A stretch of 64,000 nt of DNA from the human T2T-CHM13v2.0 reference genome, Homo sapiens. Below, piece by piece: positions 1 to 14,836 of the stretch. The translations under genes and the position numbers were made by a program. The stretch is taken from assembly GCF_009914755.1 (NCBI RefSeq), contig NC_060947.1; one strand, 5' to 3'. The notes under the pieces are model-generated. The model saw only the letters and a list, made by a program, of their open reading frames with translations. It searched no databases and was not told the origin of the DNA. Positions within the stretch are counted from its first letter, which is position 1. The number at the start of each line of letters is the position of its first letter.

Positions 1-789
1 GACACTAGCTACCCAGAGTTAGTGTCAGACCCACACAAGTCAAGTACTCAGTCCCACTAGACTGCCTCCGACTTCATATGCCAATTACAAGTATTAGGCC
101 CCCAGGTTACCCACACTTAATTGGTTACAAATCAGGGATCCCCATGACCCCTCCTCAGGTTTGATAATTTGCTATAGCAGCTCACAGAACTTAGGGACTT
201 ACTTGTGATTTCTGGTTTATTAAAAAGGATATTATAAATGGTACAAATGAACAGCCAAATGAGGAAATACATAGGGTGAGGTCTGGAAGAGTCCCAAGCA
301 CAGGAACTTCTGTCTCTGTGGAGTTTGAGGTTCACCACACTCTCAGCATGTGAGTGCATTCATCAACACAGAAGCTCTCTGAATCTTGTTTTTCAGGGAT
401 TTTATGAAGATTGCATTACATAGATGTGATTGATTAGATCATTGGACATTGGTGATTTAATTCAATCTCCAGACCCTCTCTCCTCCCCGGAGGTATGGGG
501 AGTCAAGGTAAAAGTTTCAATTTTCTAATCACCTGGTTAGTTCCTCTGGCAACCAGCATCCTTCCCAAAGCTATCCAGGGGCCCAGTCACCAATTATCTC
601 ATTAGTATACAAAGACAATTTATTACTCTGGAGATTCCAGAGGTCTTAGAAGCTCTTGTATCAGAAGCCAAGAATGAAGACAAAATGTTATAACAAAAGA
701 TACTGCTATCACCCCATCACTCAAGAAATTGCAAGTTTTAGATACTCTGTGTCAGGAAACAAGGGAAGAGACCAATATACACTGTCACA
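1..789 (-). mobile_element. ERV LTR, MER21-like, truncated by the window start and abutting L1 ORF2 sequence
   Basis: Resembles the reverse complement of the MER21 consensus (gctcacagaacttaggg...attcaatctccagaccctctc...ctctggagattccagagg). Ends in ...tcaca (TGTGA on the - strand), immediately followed by L1 ORF2 sequence. Confidence 0.7.
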
Positions 790-2495
790 AATGGAAAGGC
801 TTCCCATATTTAATGGCTCGGAAAACTTAATGTTAAGATTCCAGTGCCACCCAAAGCAATCTACAGATTCAGTGTAATCCCATTCAAAATCCCAATTATA
901 TTTTTTTCCAGAAATAAGAAATCAATCCTAAAACTTTTATGGAATTTCAAGGTACCAGGAATAACCAAAACAATCTTGAAAATAAAGAACAAAATTGTAG
1001 CACTCACACTTACTTATTTCAAAAGTTACCAGAAAGCTACAGTTATTGTAACAGTATGGCACTGGAATAAAGATAGACATATAGATCAATTAATAAAATA
1101 GGGAACCCAGAAATAAATCCTCACATATATGATCAAATGATCTTTGACAAGTGTTCTAGGACCATTTAAGAGGGGACAAGAGAGTCTTTTCAACAAAAGG
1201 TGCTGAGAAAACTGGATATCCACATGCAAAAGAATAAAGTCAGACCCTTAACTAATATTATGTACAATTTTTGTACATAGCTAATCTTTAATTCAAAATG
1301 GATCAAAGAATTAAATATAAGAGCTAAAACCATTAAACTCTTGGAAGAAAATAGGCGAGAGCTTTACAACATTGCATTTGGCAATGATTTCTTGGATATG
1401 ACACCAAAAGTACAAGTAAGTAAGGCAAAAATAAACAAACTAAAAATGATAAAAACTAAAAACTATTATGCATCAAAGAATACTATCAACATATTGAAAA
1501 GGCAATCTGGGCAATGGTATAAAATATCTGCAGATCATATGTCTGCTAACGAATTCATATCCAGAATATACAGAGAGCACTAAAACTCAACAACAAAAAC
1601 AAAACCCCAAACAATCCAACTAAAAATGGGCAAAAAACTTGAATAGACATTTCTCCAAAGAAGATATATTAATAGCCAATAGGTCCTTGAAAAGATGCTC
1701 AACATTAGTAATCATTAGAAAACTACAAATAATAACCACATTGAGATAACACATTACATCCATTAGTGTGGCTACTATTAAAAAAAACATGAAATAAGTG
1801 TTGATGAGGACATGGAGAAATTGGAACCCTTATGCACTGTCGAGGGGACTGCAAAATGATATGGGCACTGTGGGAAACAATATAGTGGTTCCTCAAAAAA
1901 TTAAAATAAAATTGCCATTCCACCTGGCAATTTTACATCTAGGTATATACCCAAAAGGATCGAAAGCAGAGTCTTGAAAGAGATATTTGTATACACATGT
2001 TTATAGCAGCATTATTTACAATAGCTAAAGTACAGAAGCAACCCAAGTGTCTATCAACAGATGAATAAACAAAATGTGGTATATAGACACAGTAGAATAC
2101 TATTCCACCTGTAAAATGGAAGAAAAATTTCACATATGCCATAATATGGATGAACCTTGAATACATTATGCTAAGTGAAATAAGTCATTCACAAAAAGAC
2201 AAATATTGTATGATTCCACTTATATGAGATGCAGAGTAGTTGAATTTTTGGAGAGAAAAAGCAGAATAGTAGTTGCCAGGAGCTGTGAGGAAGTAGTAAT
2301 GGAGGACTATTTTTTAACGAATATAGAATTTCAGCTTTGCAAGATAAAAAGAGTTCCAGAGATGCATGGTGGTGATTGTTGCAAAATTATATGAATGTAC
2401 TTAATATCACTTAACTGTACACTTAAAAATGGTTACAATGGTAAATTTTATGTTATGTGTATTTTATCACAATTTTAAAAATTGAAAGAAAAAAA
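790..2495 (+). mobile_element. Old LINE-1 (L1MA/L1MB-like): 3' part of ORF2, 3' UTR and A-rich tail
   Basis: Decayed ORF2 peptides (PKAIYRFSVIPFKIP, ATVIVTVWHWNKDRHIDQ, GNDFLDMTPK). L1M-type 3' end gtacacttaaaaatggttacaatggtaaattttatgttatg followed by an A-rich tail. Confidence 0.85.
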
Positions 2496-2509
2496 GGAAC
2501 CCTTTTTAA

Positions 2510-4060
2510 AAGACATAGATATGTATAAAATTGTACTCCAAAGAATACTAGTGCCTAAAATATCTTCATTATTAAAAAGAATACTTGAAATAATTAAGTT
2601 AGTTATCCAACTTAATAAACTGGAAAAAAGAACAACAATAAAAATGAAAACAAATAGAGCAAGGAACTAATAAAGATAGAAGTTGAAAAAGAAAGCAAAT
2701 CAAAATGAAATTTCTCCAAAATTTGAATGATAAACAAGCAACAATACTGACACCTTCAAAAAACAAAATAGATAAATCCTGATTAGGACAAAAAGGGAAC
2801 AGCTGAAATATACAACTTTAGATGGGAGAAAGAAGAGGAAGTGCAAATATTGAAGAGATTTAAAAATTCTAAAATGATGTGGCAGATGAAATATTTGGCA
2901 ATAAATTTAAAACTCTAAATGTAGGTAAGCAAATTTTATATAAAGAAAAATTTTGAAAAAACAATAGAAAAATTGAAAAAAAACTATTATAGATATACCA
3001 TTTTTAAATGACCCCAGTCCCAGATGATTTAAAGATGATAGATAATTTGGACTTTATCAAAATTTATTTTTGTGTATCAGAGGACATCATCAACAAAGTA
3101 AAAAGCCCATGGAATGGAAGAAAACATTCACAAATCACATATCTGATCAGAGCCTCATATCCAGAATATATAAAGAACTCCCACAGCTCCACAACCAAAA
3201 GACAAAAACCCAATTTAAAGTGGGCAAGTAACTTGGATAGATATCTCTCTAAAGAAGACTCACGAATGGTCAACAAACACATGAAAAAGATAATACTACC
3301 AATTTCCAAGAAAATGCAAATCAAAATCACAATGAGGCACCACTTCACATCCACTGTAGGATGGCTATAATTTTTTGCAGTATCAAAAACTACTAGTGCT
3401 GAGGAAGATGTAGAGAAATTGGAACCCTTCTGCACTCCTGGTGGGAATGCAAACAATGCAGCCACCATGGAAAACAGCCTGGTGGCCCCTCAGAAACATC
3501 AAACACAGAACCACCACATGACCCACAATGTCACTCCAAGGCATATATCCCAAAGAATTGAAAACAAAAACTGAATGTCCGCCGGAACACCAGCTACAAT
3601 AGTCCAAAAGTGAATACAACCAAAACGTCCATCAACAGATGAAAAACAAAATGTGGTAAATTCCCACAATGGAACACCATTAAGCCACAAAAAAAGTATG
3701 AAGTGTTAATACATGTGAAAATATGGATGAACCTCAAAAAGTTATGCCAAGTAAAAAACAGTCACAAGAAGTCACACATAGCATGAATGTCTATGTTTTT
3801 AAAAATTGGAATACAGAGTGTGGAAAACTTCCCAACTTATTTCACCAAATTTTCACAACCTAAATACAAAATATTTACAAACATACAAAAAGAGAAAAAA
3901 TGTTCATCACACAAATACAAAAATTTTAAATAAAATCACTTTAAAAATCCTGTAATTTATGAAAGACATTAAGAAATTAACAAAATGGTTTATATTTTAA
4001 AATTTTAAAGAGAAAATCCATGTAATTAGGTCAACAAATAATAATTAAAAGATGTTACAT
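2510..4060 (+). mobile_element. Highly decayed L1 (L1ME-like) with a less diverged L1M 3' fragment nested at ~3030-3790
   Basis: A-rich ORF2-like sequence. The 3008-3370 ORF contains L1 ORF2 C-terminal motifs (KWASNLDRYLSKED, MQIKITMRHHFT). Confidence 0.6.
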
Positions 4061-4289
4061 TCTGCAGCCACTCCAGATAAAAACTACAAAGAATGAAACA
4101 GAGAGTTGATACAGTATTTAAGGCAAAAATATCAGAACCTAACTACATGTGTTTGAATCTCAGCTCCAGTAATTCCTAGCTGTGAAGGTAATTTTGTGCC
4201 TCAAGTTCCCTAACTTTAAAGTAATATTAATAATGGTTATTTTATGAGTTGATATGTGTAAGACACTTAAACTAGTACCGCTTTTCAGA

Positions 4290-4850
<561 letters not shown>

Positions 4851-5310
4851 TCATTATGAAAACACATGCGCTTCTGGGATTACCTCTCCCTGGTTCCAGT
4901 CTCTATAGCAACCTGCCAAAAATTCCAGCCAACTTTGGTAGTTCAAAAACTATGATCTCTGCCTCTACTGCCCAGGGAGGGCACCATTCCCTGCTACATT
5001 GGGAAATATACCCAGGGTATATTCACTTGGGTGAATATTAGGCTTGAATCATATACTTCCTCTATCTCTCTCAAAGTTTGCAGTCCTACTTTGATTACTG
5101 TCAAATGCCTTAAGTAGTTGTTTTACATATTTTGTCAAGTTTCTATAGTTGTTCATGGCAGGAGAATAAGCCTAAGACCAGCTACTCCCTCATGGTCAGA
5201 ACTGGACATGACAGGGACATTTTTAAAAAATTGATGACACAGTGTGCTTTTGAGTTTGTTGGGAACTAGGTATTCTTTGACACTGTGGGTGGAGCTGTAA
5301 ACAAATATTA

Positions 5311-5865
<555 letters not shown>

Positions 5866-6224
5866 CAATCTGGAAAAATTTATTAAAATTAAAATATGCA
5901 TAACTTTTGACCCAGCAATCCTACTTCTGAGAATGCATCCATCAGACATTAAAGCACTAGTATTAATATATCAAGATATATGTGTAAATTTGTTTATTGA
6001 AGCATTTGTAACAATTTAAAAATAAACTGGAGACAACTTGAATGGCCATTGATGAGGGAATGGTTTAATAAATTACAGTATATTTGTACATACTATGGAA
6101 TACTATACGGCTCACAAATGAGATTAATCAATATGTATTGAATTGAAAATGCACATGACTTATTAAGAGTAGGAAACAAATTACAGAATACTGGGGATAG
6201 TGTGACTCAAAAATGACTCACCTA

Positions 6225-6680
6225 ATTTATGTCTCCGGCACAGACCTCTTCCCCAAACTTCAGACTTTCTACTCAACATTTCCTCTTGAAGTCTCAAAAG
6301 CACTGCAGATTCAATATGTCCAAAACTGAACTTGAAGCTTTCTTTCTCCAAACCTAGTTGCTTCCACTCCCTCCTTTCCTAGTGGATGGCACCATCAGAC
6401 ATCCATATTTGTAAAGCAGAAGCCCAGGACTCATCTTTGACATTCCCCTCTCCTTCACATCATTTTGCCACCAGCACACCTCCCCCACACTACACACATA
6501 TCCAATCATTCACTAATTTCTGTTGATTTTACAACCTTAATGTACTGCCAATAGATCTACTTCTCATTATATGCATCACCATCACGTGGGGTCAAATTAC
6601 CAATACCTCCCACTTGGATTGCTAAAATCTTCTAACGCAAGTTGTTTCTTCATATTCACTCTAGTCCACGGTAATTCATC
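6225..6680 (+). mobile_element. L2 LINE fragment
   Basis: ttcaatatgtccaaaactgaactt, catctttgacattcccctctcc and tccaatcattcactaatttctgttgattt resemble L2 ORF2. Confidence 0.6.
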
Positions 6681-9060
6681 CCCCATCCTGCATTCTGAAA
6701 AGAGAGAGCTGTAAATTTGGAAAGCTTTTGCCCTAATTGCTCTTGAGCAGACACAAAATAGTGCAGCAGTGTCATAATCACGCCTAAAGAATTCAATTGC
6801 CTTTTGTTATCAAGAGTAACAATGGCTTTAGTATTTAGGAAACATTTTGAGTAAAAAATCCCCTTCCCCTTATACATTGTATCTTGTGCCACAGAGCACA
6901 GGAAATGTAACAATAAAATGAACTTTAAATTCTTCCCGAAAGTTTATCCTTGGCGTGTTGATGCCATAGGGAAATGAAAGAGTTTCTTTCTAGGGAGTTC
7001 CTCCAGCAACCATGCCATGTTATTTATCTCCCCATTTTAGCTACCACCTCATAAGTATTGCAGTAGAAAAAGATTCTGCTTGCTTTCTACTCATCTTGTG
7101 TGATTAGTTTTCTAGCCTGAAAGACCATAAGGACCCAAACTCCTCCAATTAGCCTGGACTTCTGCTGTTTTCAATTTCCAAATTCTTCCTGGTGCTCCTG
7201 ACTAGGGCCCCAATACTCTTAGGCTCAGATCCTTCACCTGAATCTCCACTCACTGGTTAGAATCCTGCTACCAACAGGCAGATCTCCCAAATGCACCTAC
7301 CTGCCTGCTAACTCCTGAGGACCTAATGTCATGTGTTGCCCTCTACCCTTTTAACATGTGCTAACATAATAGTGCACACTCTGGTGTTGACTGTTGGTTG
7401 AGGCCTACTGAGATAGTTATTCCTCCAAGCCAAGCCCAGCCTCAGAATTCTAGAAAGTTTGCTCAGTGACTGCTCTTCACCAGTGGGTGGGTTTTGTGCC
7501 AAATCTTGGGATTTGACAGTGGTTTCCAGATGTGAAGCACTCCTCAAGCCTCTGAAATACTGGTGAGCTCTGGGGAAGGAGACAGGAGACACCATTTCTC
7601 AATTAAGTGGATCAATCTCTATAAAGCAGTCTATTTAAAATTCAAAAAACCTCTGACTTTTTGACATAGCCAATAAAATATTAATGATAACTCAATATAT
7701 ACAATACTGTTTTGCATTTGTCATACAATGTTTTTACTTCTTCCAAACATTTGCATATTGTCATTTTTATTTGCACCTGCCATTTTATCAGATCTCATAA
7801 GCATCTTAGAGGATAAGTAGAATAGGTGTTAAGGTGTTAAGTGAATTATAAACTTCTTAAGAACATGGACTGCCTCTTGCATTATGTGAATCCTCTCTAC
7901 TATCCAGTACAGTGATTTGGTACAGGGTGCTCAATAGGTAATAATCAATTTTATATTTTCCCACTTTATAGATTCAGAAAGCAAGTATCAGAGATGTTAA
8001 ACAACACATTTAAGGTCCCACAACCAGTTAGTTATACTCCTCATTCTAGGCCCAGTGCCCATTCCATTAGACCAGTGGTTTTCGTATTGTGTTCCATGGA
8101 AATCTTGGAGGTCCATAGAGTTGTGCAGGCAGTATGAGGGGGAGGCAAAGTGGAGAGCACATAACTGCTTCAATCAGAATATCTTTACATTTATCCATTT
8201 TACATATTAAGATTTGTGTCACATTTTACCTAAATCAATGACTGTGCTACTATGTTTTTTAAGAATAATCATTTACCCATGCTAATTTGTAATGTCTTTT
8301 GTGGTGAAAAATAGTATTCGCTTGATGGATGAAATTGAAATGAAGTAGGTGAAGAGAGAAAGCGGAAAACAATAGCAGTAGAATCAGTTAAAGCTGGTAG
8401 TTATGAATAAAACTCAGGTCCCCAGATGTTTAGGTGCTTGGCAGGGCAAGCACATTGCACAACTCCTGTTGGCACCATTTACACAGAATGTAGCAATTAT
8501 GCCCCAAGGATAGGGACTCAATATACCTAGGAAAGCACTCATGAAAAATGTCTCTGAATCCTGATAGATACTCAGAATATACAATACAGTTTTTTTCACA
8601 CCATACACAGTTAATAAAAACTATTGTTAAGGGTTTCGGGATGATTACTACTACTATTTTGGAGTCCAACCACCTAGCAGGTTTTGTTGCCTTAGTTACT
8701 ATTAGGCTTTTTAAGCTCAAAAGGGGACGAGAGAAAAGAAGTATGTTTATGAGTGGGGGCTGAACAAGAGTAAAGTATTAATACTGGTGTGTCACTGCAA
8801 AAACAAGTACAGAAGACACACATAGGCAATTCACAAAATAAGAATGGCCAAAAAGCACGCAAAAATGCTCAATCTCACTATTAAGCAATGAAAAATACAA
8901 GTAAAACCAAGTGATATTTTGAGAAAATTAGCAAAAAAAAGTGGATAATAGCCATAATTGGTAAGATTCTGGGAAATGTACACTCTTGCACATTGCTTGT
9001 AGGAAGATAAATTGATTTTTTAAATTCTGGAGGAAAATTTAACAATAAATAGCAAAGTAG

Positions 9061-9765
9061 GGCCAGTTGCACTGGCTCAAATCTATAATCCCAAAACTTT
9101 GGGAAACTGAGGCAGGAGGATGGTTTGAGGCCAGGACATCAAGACAAGCCTGAGCAACATAGTAAGGCCCCATCTCCACAAAAAATTTAAAAAAAAGAGC
9201 CAGACATGGTAGCACCTACTTGAAAGGCTGAGGTGGGAGGATTACTTGAGGCTGGGAGCTAGACACTAGCCTGGGCAACATAGTGAGATCCCCACCTCAA
9301 CAAAAATAAAATAAATTAGCTGAGTGTGGTGGCATGTACCTGTGGTCCCAGCTACTTGGGAAGCTAAGGCAGGAGGATCACCTGAGCCCAGAGTTCAAGG
9401 CTGCAGTGAGCTATGATCACACCAGTCCACTGCAGCCTGGGTGACAGAGTGAGAACCCGTCTCAAAAAAAATGAGCTGGGTGAGGTAGCTGATGCCTGTA
9501 ATACCAACAGTTTGGGTGGCTGAGGTGGAAGTCTCATTTGATGCCAGGAGTTCAAAGCCAGCCTTGGCAACATAGTAAGACCCCATCTCTACAAAAGTAA
9601 AATAAAATAAGTTAGCCGGGTATGGTGGCACATGCCTGTGGTCCCAGATACTCAGGAGGCTGAGGCACAAGGATCCCTTGAGCCCAGGAGTTGGAGGCTG
9701 CAGTGAACTGTGATCACACTGCTGCACTCCAGCCTAGGTGATGGAGCAAGAGCTCATCTCTTTTA
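9061..9765 (+). mobile_element. Chain of five old (AluJ/FLAM-type) Alu monomers: left-left-right-left-right
   Basis: Monomers at ~9061-9198, 9199-9318, 9319-9471, 9474-9614 and 9615-9765, each ending in an A-rich linker or tail. J-type gcctgggcaacatagtgaga motifs. Confidence 0.85.
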
Positions 9766-9997
9766 AAATAAATGTAGCAAAGGTATTCACATTCTGCATT
9801 TCTTTTGACTCTAGTAATTTATCCTGTAGAAAGAATCATAAATGAGAACAAAGATGTATGCAAATGAGTCTTCACTGCAGTGTAACTTGCCATAGAAATA
9901 TTGGAACCAGTTTAAAGAGAGGATTGATTGATTAAACAAATTATTGCATATATACAGCTATTAAAAAGCATCTTATAGGAGAATATTTATTGGCATA

Positions 9998-10416
9998 TGT
10001 TTTAGTCCATTTTGTGTTGCTTTGAAGGAATACCTGACACTGGATAATTTATAAAGAAAACAGGTTTATTTGGCTAACAGTTCTACAGGCTGTACAAGAT
10101 GTGTAGAGCCAGGCTCTGCTTCTGGTGAGAGCCTCAGACTGTTTCTACTTATGATGGAAGGTAAAGGAAAGCCTGGGTGTGTGCAGCAATCACATGGTGA
10201 GAGAAGAAGCAAGACAGAGAGGAAGGAGGTGCCAGGCTCTTTTTAACAACTACCTCCCAGGAAAACTAATAGAGAACTCATTCGCCCCTGCAAGACAGCA
10301 TTAATCTATTCATGAGAGATTCCCCATGACCCAACACCTCCCATTAGGCCCCACCTCCACCATTGGGATCAAATTTCAACATGAGGTTTGCAGGGACAAA
10401 CAACCAAATTATAACA
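9998..10416 (-). mobile_element. MaLR solo LTR (MST-like)
   Basis: Begins tgttttagtccattttgtgttgct and ends ccaaattataaca. Contains aaatttcaacatgaggtttg. 5-bp TSD gcata (9993-9997) / gcatg (10417-10421). Confidence 0.85.
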
Positions 10417-10519
10417 GCATGGAAAAAATTTTAATACACTATTTTAAAAATACATTGCGTTTAAAAGGAGGTTGCACAACGGTATATTGAGCATGAGTTT
10501 TTAAAATATGCATGCTTCT

Positions 10520-10895
10520 GGTAATCATTAGGACTGTTCATATCTCTCATGCTCCCCTTCAAGGGACATTATATGATTGTGTATTCCTATCCCTTCTGAC
10601 ATTAGGCACAGCCATATGATGTAACTGGGCAATGTATTCCTATCCCCTCTGACATTAGGCACAGTCATATAATGTAACATTCCATGTGAGTGGAATGTTT
10701 AAGGGCCAGTGCTTAATTTGCCACATGCCCCTTTTCTTGCCTTATTGATCACGGAAGCATTTGTTGAGAAAGGACTTTAGTCACACTGGGTCCTTAAGTG
10801 ACTACAGTGAGCAGAGACCCCTTGCCCATGTATATTGGACAATGTAGCATGAGCAGGAAAAATAGCTTATATTGTGTGAAGCCACTGAGATGCTC
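10520..10895 (+). mobile_element. MLT1-like LTR fragment with an internal 53-bp-period duplication
   Basis: gtgagcagagaccccttgcc...tagcatgagcaggaaaaatagcttatattgtgtgaagccactgagatg resembles an MLT1 3' end. Confidence 0.55.
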
Positions 10896-11094
10896 ATACC
10901 GTGTGTGTGTGTGTTTGCGGGGGGCAAGAGGGAGAGAAGAATGAAGAAGGAAGAGAGGGAGGAAGAGAAGGAAGAAAACTGGTTAGTTATACACGAAAGT
11001 AACAAATGGACTTGTGGGTGATTTTCATTTTCTTATTTTTTTATACATGTCATCTAAATTTTCAACATGAACATGTATAATTTTCTAAATTAAT

Positions 11095-12690
11095 AAACAT
11101 TATTTTATAGAATAGTTTTAGATTTATAGCAAAGTAAAGCAGAAAGAACCAAGAAATCCCGCGCAGCCCTTGCCTTCGCACACAAACCTCCCCTACCAAC
11201 AACATCCTCCACCAGAAAGGTATACTTGTTAAAATCAATTAAACTATATTGACACATCAATATTAGTCAAAGTCCATGGTTTACATTAAGGTTCACTCTT
11301 GTTGTTGTACATTCTATGGGTTTGGACCAATATATACTGACATGTGCCCACCATTAAAGTATCATTAGAATAGTTTCACTGCTCTAAAAACACCTCTGTG
11401 CTCTGCCTATTCATCCCTCCCCAACCCCCACCAATCTCTGGAAACCATTCATCTTTGGTCTACAGTTTTTCCTTTTCCAGAATTGGGTTGGAATTATGCA
11501 GGATGTAGCACTTTCAGATTGGCTTCTTTCACTAAGTGGAAAGATATGCATGTAACTTTCCTTCATGTCTTTTCATGTATTAGTAGATCATCTCCTTTTA
11601 GTGCTGAACAATATTCCATTGTTCGAATGTACCACAGTTTATCCATTCATCTGCAGAAAGACACTTTGATTGCTTCCAAACATTGGCAATTAAGATTGTC
11701 AATAACATCTGTGCAGATGATTTTGTGTTTTTGTGTAAGTTTCTAATTCATCTGGGTAAGGAGTGCGATTGCTGGGTCATATGGTTAAAGTATGATTAGT
11801 TTTGTAAGAAACTGCCAAACTGTCTTCGAAAGTGGCAGTACCATTTTCCATTTTTACCAGCAATGACAGAGAGTTCCTGTTGCTCCACATCCTTGTCAGC
11901 ATTTGATATTGTCAGTGTTTGGTTTGGGGCCATTCTAATAGATGTTTAGTGGTTCCTCATTCTTGTTTTAATTTGCAACTCCTTAATGACATATGTTGAA
12001 AATTTTTTCATATGCTTACTTGCCAATTGTATATCTTCTTTGGTAAAGTGTCTGTTTAGGTCTTTTAATTATGCACTTTATGATTCCATTTTCTCTCCTT
12101 TCTTAGCATATCAATTATACTTCTTTTTTTTTTTACTTATTTTAGTGGTTGTCTTAGAGTTAACAATATATATTTACAACTAATCCAAGTTTACTTTCAA
12201 ATAGCACTATACTGTTCCACAGGTGGTAGAAGTATCTTATAATAAAAAAATTCCTAACTCCCCCTCCCATCTATTGTATCATTGCTATCATTCATTTGGC
12301 TTATACATAAGCATATATATGATATACACATATATATTCATATATATACATAAGCATACATAATTGAATGCATTGTTGTCATTATTATTTTGAATAAACT
12401 GTTATCTACTGGAACAATTAAGAATAAGAAAAACAAAGTTTTTATTTTACTTTCATTTATTTATTGGTTTATGCTCTTCCTTTCTTTATGTAGATCCAAG
12501 TCTCTGATCCATATCATTTTCTTCTCTCTAAAGAATTTCTTTCAACATTTCTTTCAAGGCAGATCTACTGGCAATGAATTCTCTCAATTTTTGCTTGTCA
12601 GACAAAGTCTTTATTTCTCTTTCACTTTTGAAGCATAATTTCACAGTGTTCAGAATTCTAGGTTGGTGGGTTTTTTCTGTCAATACTTTA
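11095..12690 (-). mobile_element. L1MC-like element, left part (host of the L1PB insertion)
   Basis: Reverse L1MC 3' end (tagttttagatttatagc..., gttcactcttgttgttgtacattctatggg) and reverse ORF2 end (gaaactgccaaactgtcttc). Confidence 0.7.
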
Positions 12691-13058
12691 TTTTATTTTA
12701 TTTTTATTTCCACAGGTTATAGGAGAACAAGTGGTGTTTGGTTACATGAGTAAGGTCTTTAGTGGTGATTTGTGAGATTTTGGTGCACCCATCACCCGAG
12801 CAGTATACACTGCACCCAGTGTGTAGTCTTTTATCCCTCACCCTCTTCCCACCCTTTCTCCCTGAGTCCCCAAAGTCTGTTATGTCATTTTTATGCCTTT
12901 GCCTCCTCATAGCTTAGCTCCCACATATCAGTGAGAACACATGATGTTTGGTTTTCCATTCCTGAGTTACTTTACTTAGAATAATAGTCTCCAATCTCAT
13001 CCAGGTCCCTGAAAATGTCATTAATTCATTCCTTTTTATGGCTAAGTAGTACTTCATC

Positions 13059-13089
<31 letters not shown>

Positions 13090-14836
13090 TATCACAGTTT
13101 CATATATATATCTATAGATATAGATATATATCACAGTTTCTTTATCCACTCGTTAATTGATGGATATTTGGGTTGGTCCCACGTTTTTGCAATTGTGAAT
13201 TGTGCTGTTATAAACATGTGTGTGCAAGTATCTTTTTGTATAATGACTTATTTTCCTCTGGGTAGATACCCAGTAGTGGGACTGCTGGATCAAATGGTAG
13301 TTCTACTTTTAGCTATTTAAAGAATCTCCACACTGTTTTTCATAGTGGTTGTACTAGTTTACATTCCCACCAGCAGGTAGAAATATTCCCTGCTCACCAC
13401 ATCCATGCCAACATCTACTATTTTTTTATTTTTTAATTATGGCAATTCTTGCAGGAGTAAGGTGGTATTGCATTGTGGTTTTGATTTGCATTTCCCTGAT
13501 CATTAGTGATATTGAACATTTTTTCATATAGTTGTTGGCCATTTGTATGCTTTCTTTTTGGAATTGCCTATTCATGTCCTTAGCCCACTTTTTGATGGGA
13601 TTGTTTGTTTTTTTCTTGTTGATTTGTTTGAATTCATTGTAGATTCTGGATATTAGTCTTTTGTCAGATATATAGATTGTGAAGATTTTTTTCCCACTCT
13701 GTGGGTTGTCTCTTTGCTCTGCTGACTGTTCTTTTGCTATACAAAAGCTCTTTAGTTTAATTAAGTACCAGCAATTTGTCTTTATTTTTATTGCATTTGC
13801 TTTTGGGTTCTTGGTCATGAAATCATTGCCTAAGCCAGTATCTAGAAGGGTTTTTCCAATGTTAGCTTCTAGAGCTTTTATAGTTTCAGGTCTTAGATTT
13901 AAGTCCTTATCCATCATGAGTTGATTTTTGTATAAGGTGAGAGGTGAGGACACAGTTTCATTCTCCTACATGTGGCTAGCCAATTATCCCAGCACCATTT
14001 GTTGAAAAGGGTGTCCTTTCCCCACTTTGTCTTTTTGTTTGCTTTGTCTATGATCAGCTGGCTGTAAATATTTGGGTTTATTTCTGGATTCTCTATTCTG
14101 TTCCATTGGTCTATGTGCCTATTTTTATACCAGTACCATGCTGTTTTGGTGACTATGGTCTTATAGCATACTTTGAAATCAGGTAATGTGATGCCTCCAG
14201 ATTTGTTCTTTTTGCTTAGTCTTGCTTTGGCTATGCAGGCTCTTTTTTGGTTCCATGTGAATTTTATAATTGTTTTTTTCTAATTCTGTGAGGAATGATC
14301 GTGGTATTTTGATGGGGATGGCACAGAATTTGTAGATTGCTTTTGGAAGTATGGTTATTTTCACAATAATGATTTTACCATCCATGAGCATGGGATGTGT
14401 TTCTGTTTGTTTGTGTCATATATGATTCTTTCAGCAGTGTTTTGTAGTTTTCTTTGTAGAGGTCTTTCACCTCCTTGGTTAGGTATATTCCTAAGTATTT
14501 TATTTATTTTTTTGCAGCTATTGAAAAAGTGAGTGAGTTCTTGATTTCATTCTCAGCTTGGTCACTGTTGGTGTATAGAACAGCCACTGATTTGTGTACA
14601 TTAATTTTGTATCTGAAAACTTTGCTGAATTCTTTTATCAGTTCTAGGAACTTTCTGGAGGAGTCTTTAGGGTTTTCGAGATAAATGACCATATCATCAG
14701 CAAACAGCGACAGTTTGACTTCCTCTTTACCAGTTTGTATGCCCTTTATTTCTTCCTCTTGTCTGCTTGTCTTATTCCAGTTCTCAGAGGAAATGTTTTC
14801 AACTTTTCCCTATTCAGTATTATGTTGGCTGTGGGG
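12691..14836 (-). mobile_element. L1PB (L1PB1-like), 5'-truncated: non-inverted 3' portion (tail, 3' UTR, ORF2 C-terminus)
   Basis: T-rich tail, L1PB-type 3' UTR (tgggtgcaccaaaatctcacaaatcaccactaaaga on the - strand), and ORF2 remnants at 13426-13953 (NNPIKKWAKDMNRQF...[20 protein letters not shown]) and 14504-14692 ([17 protein letters not shown]). Confidence 0.9.
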
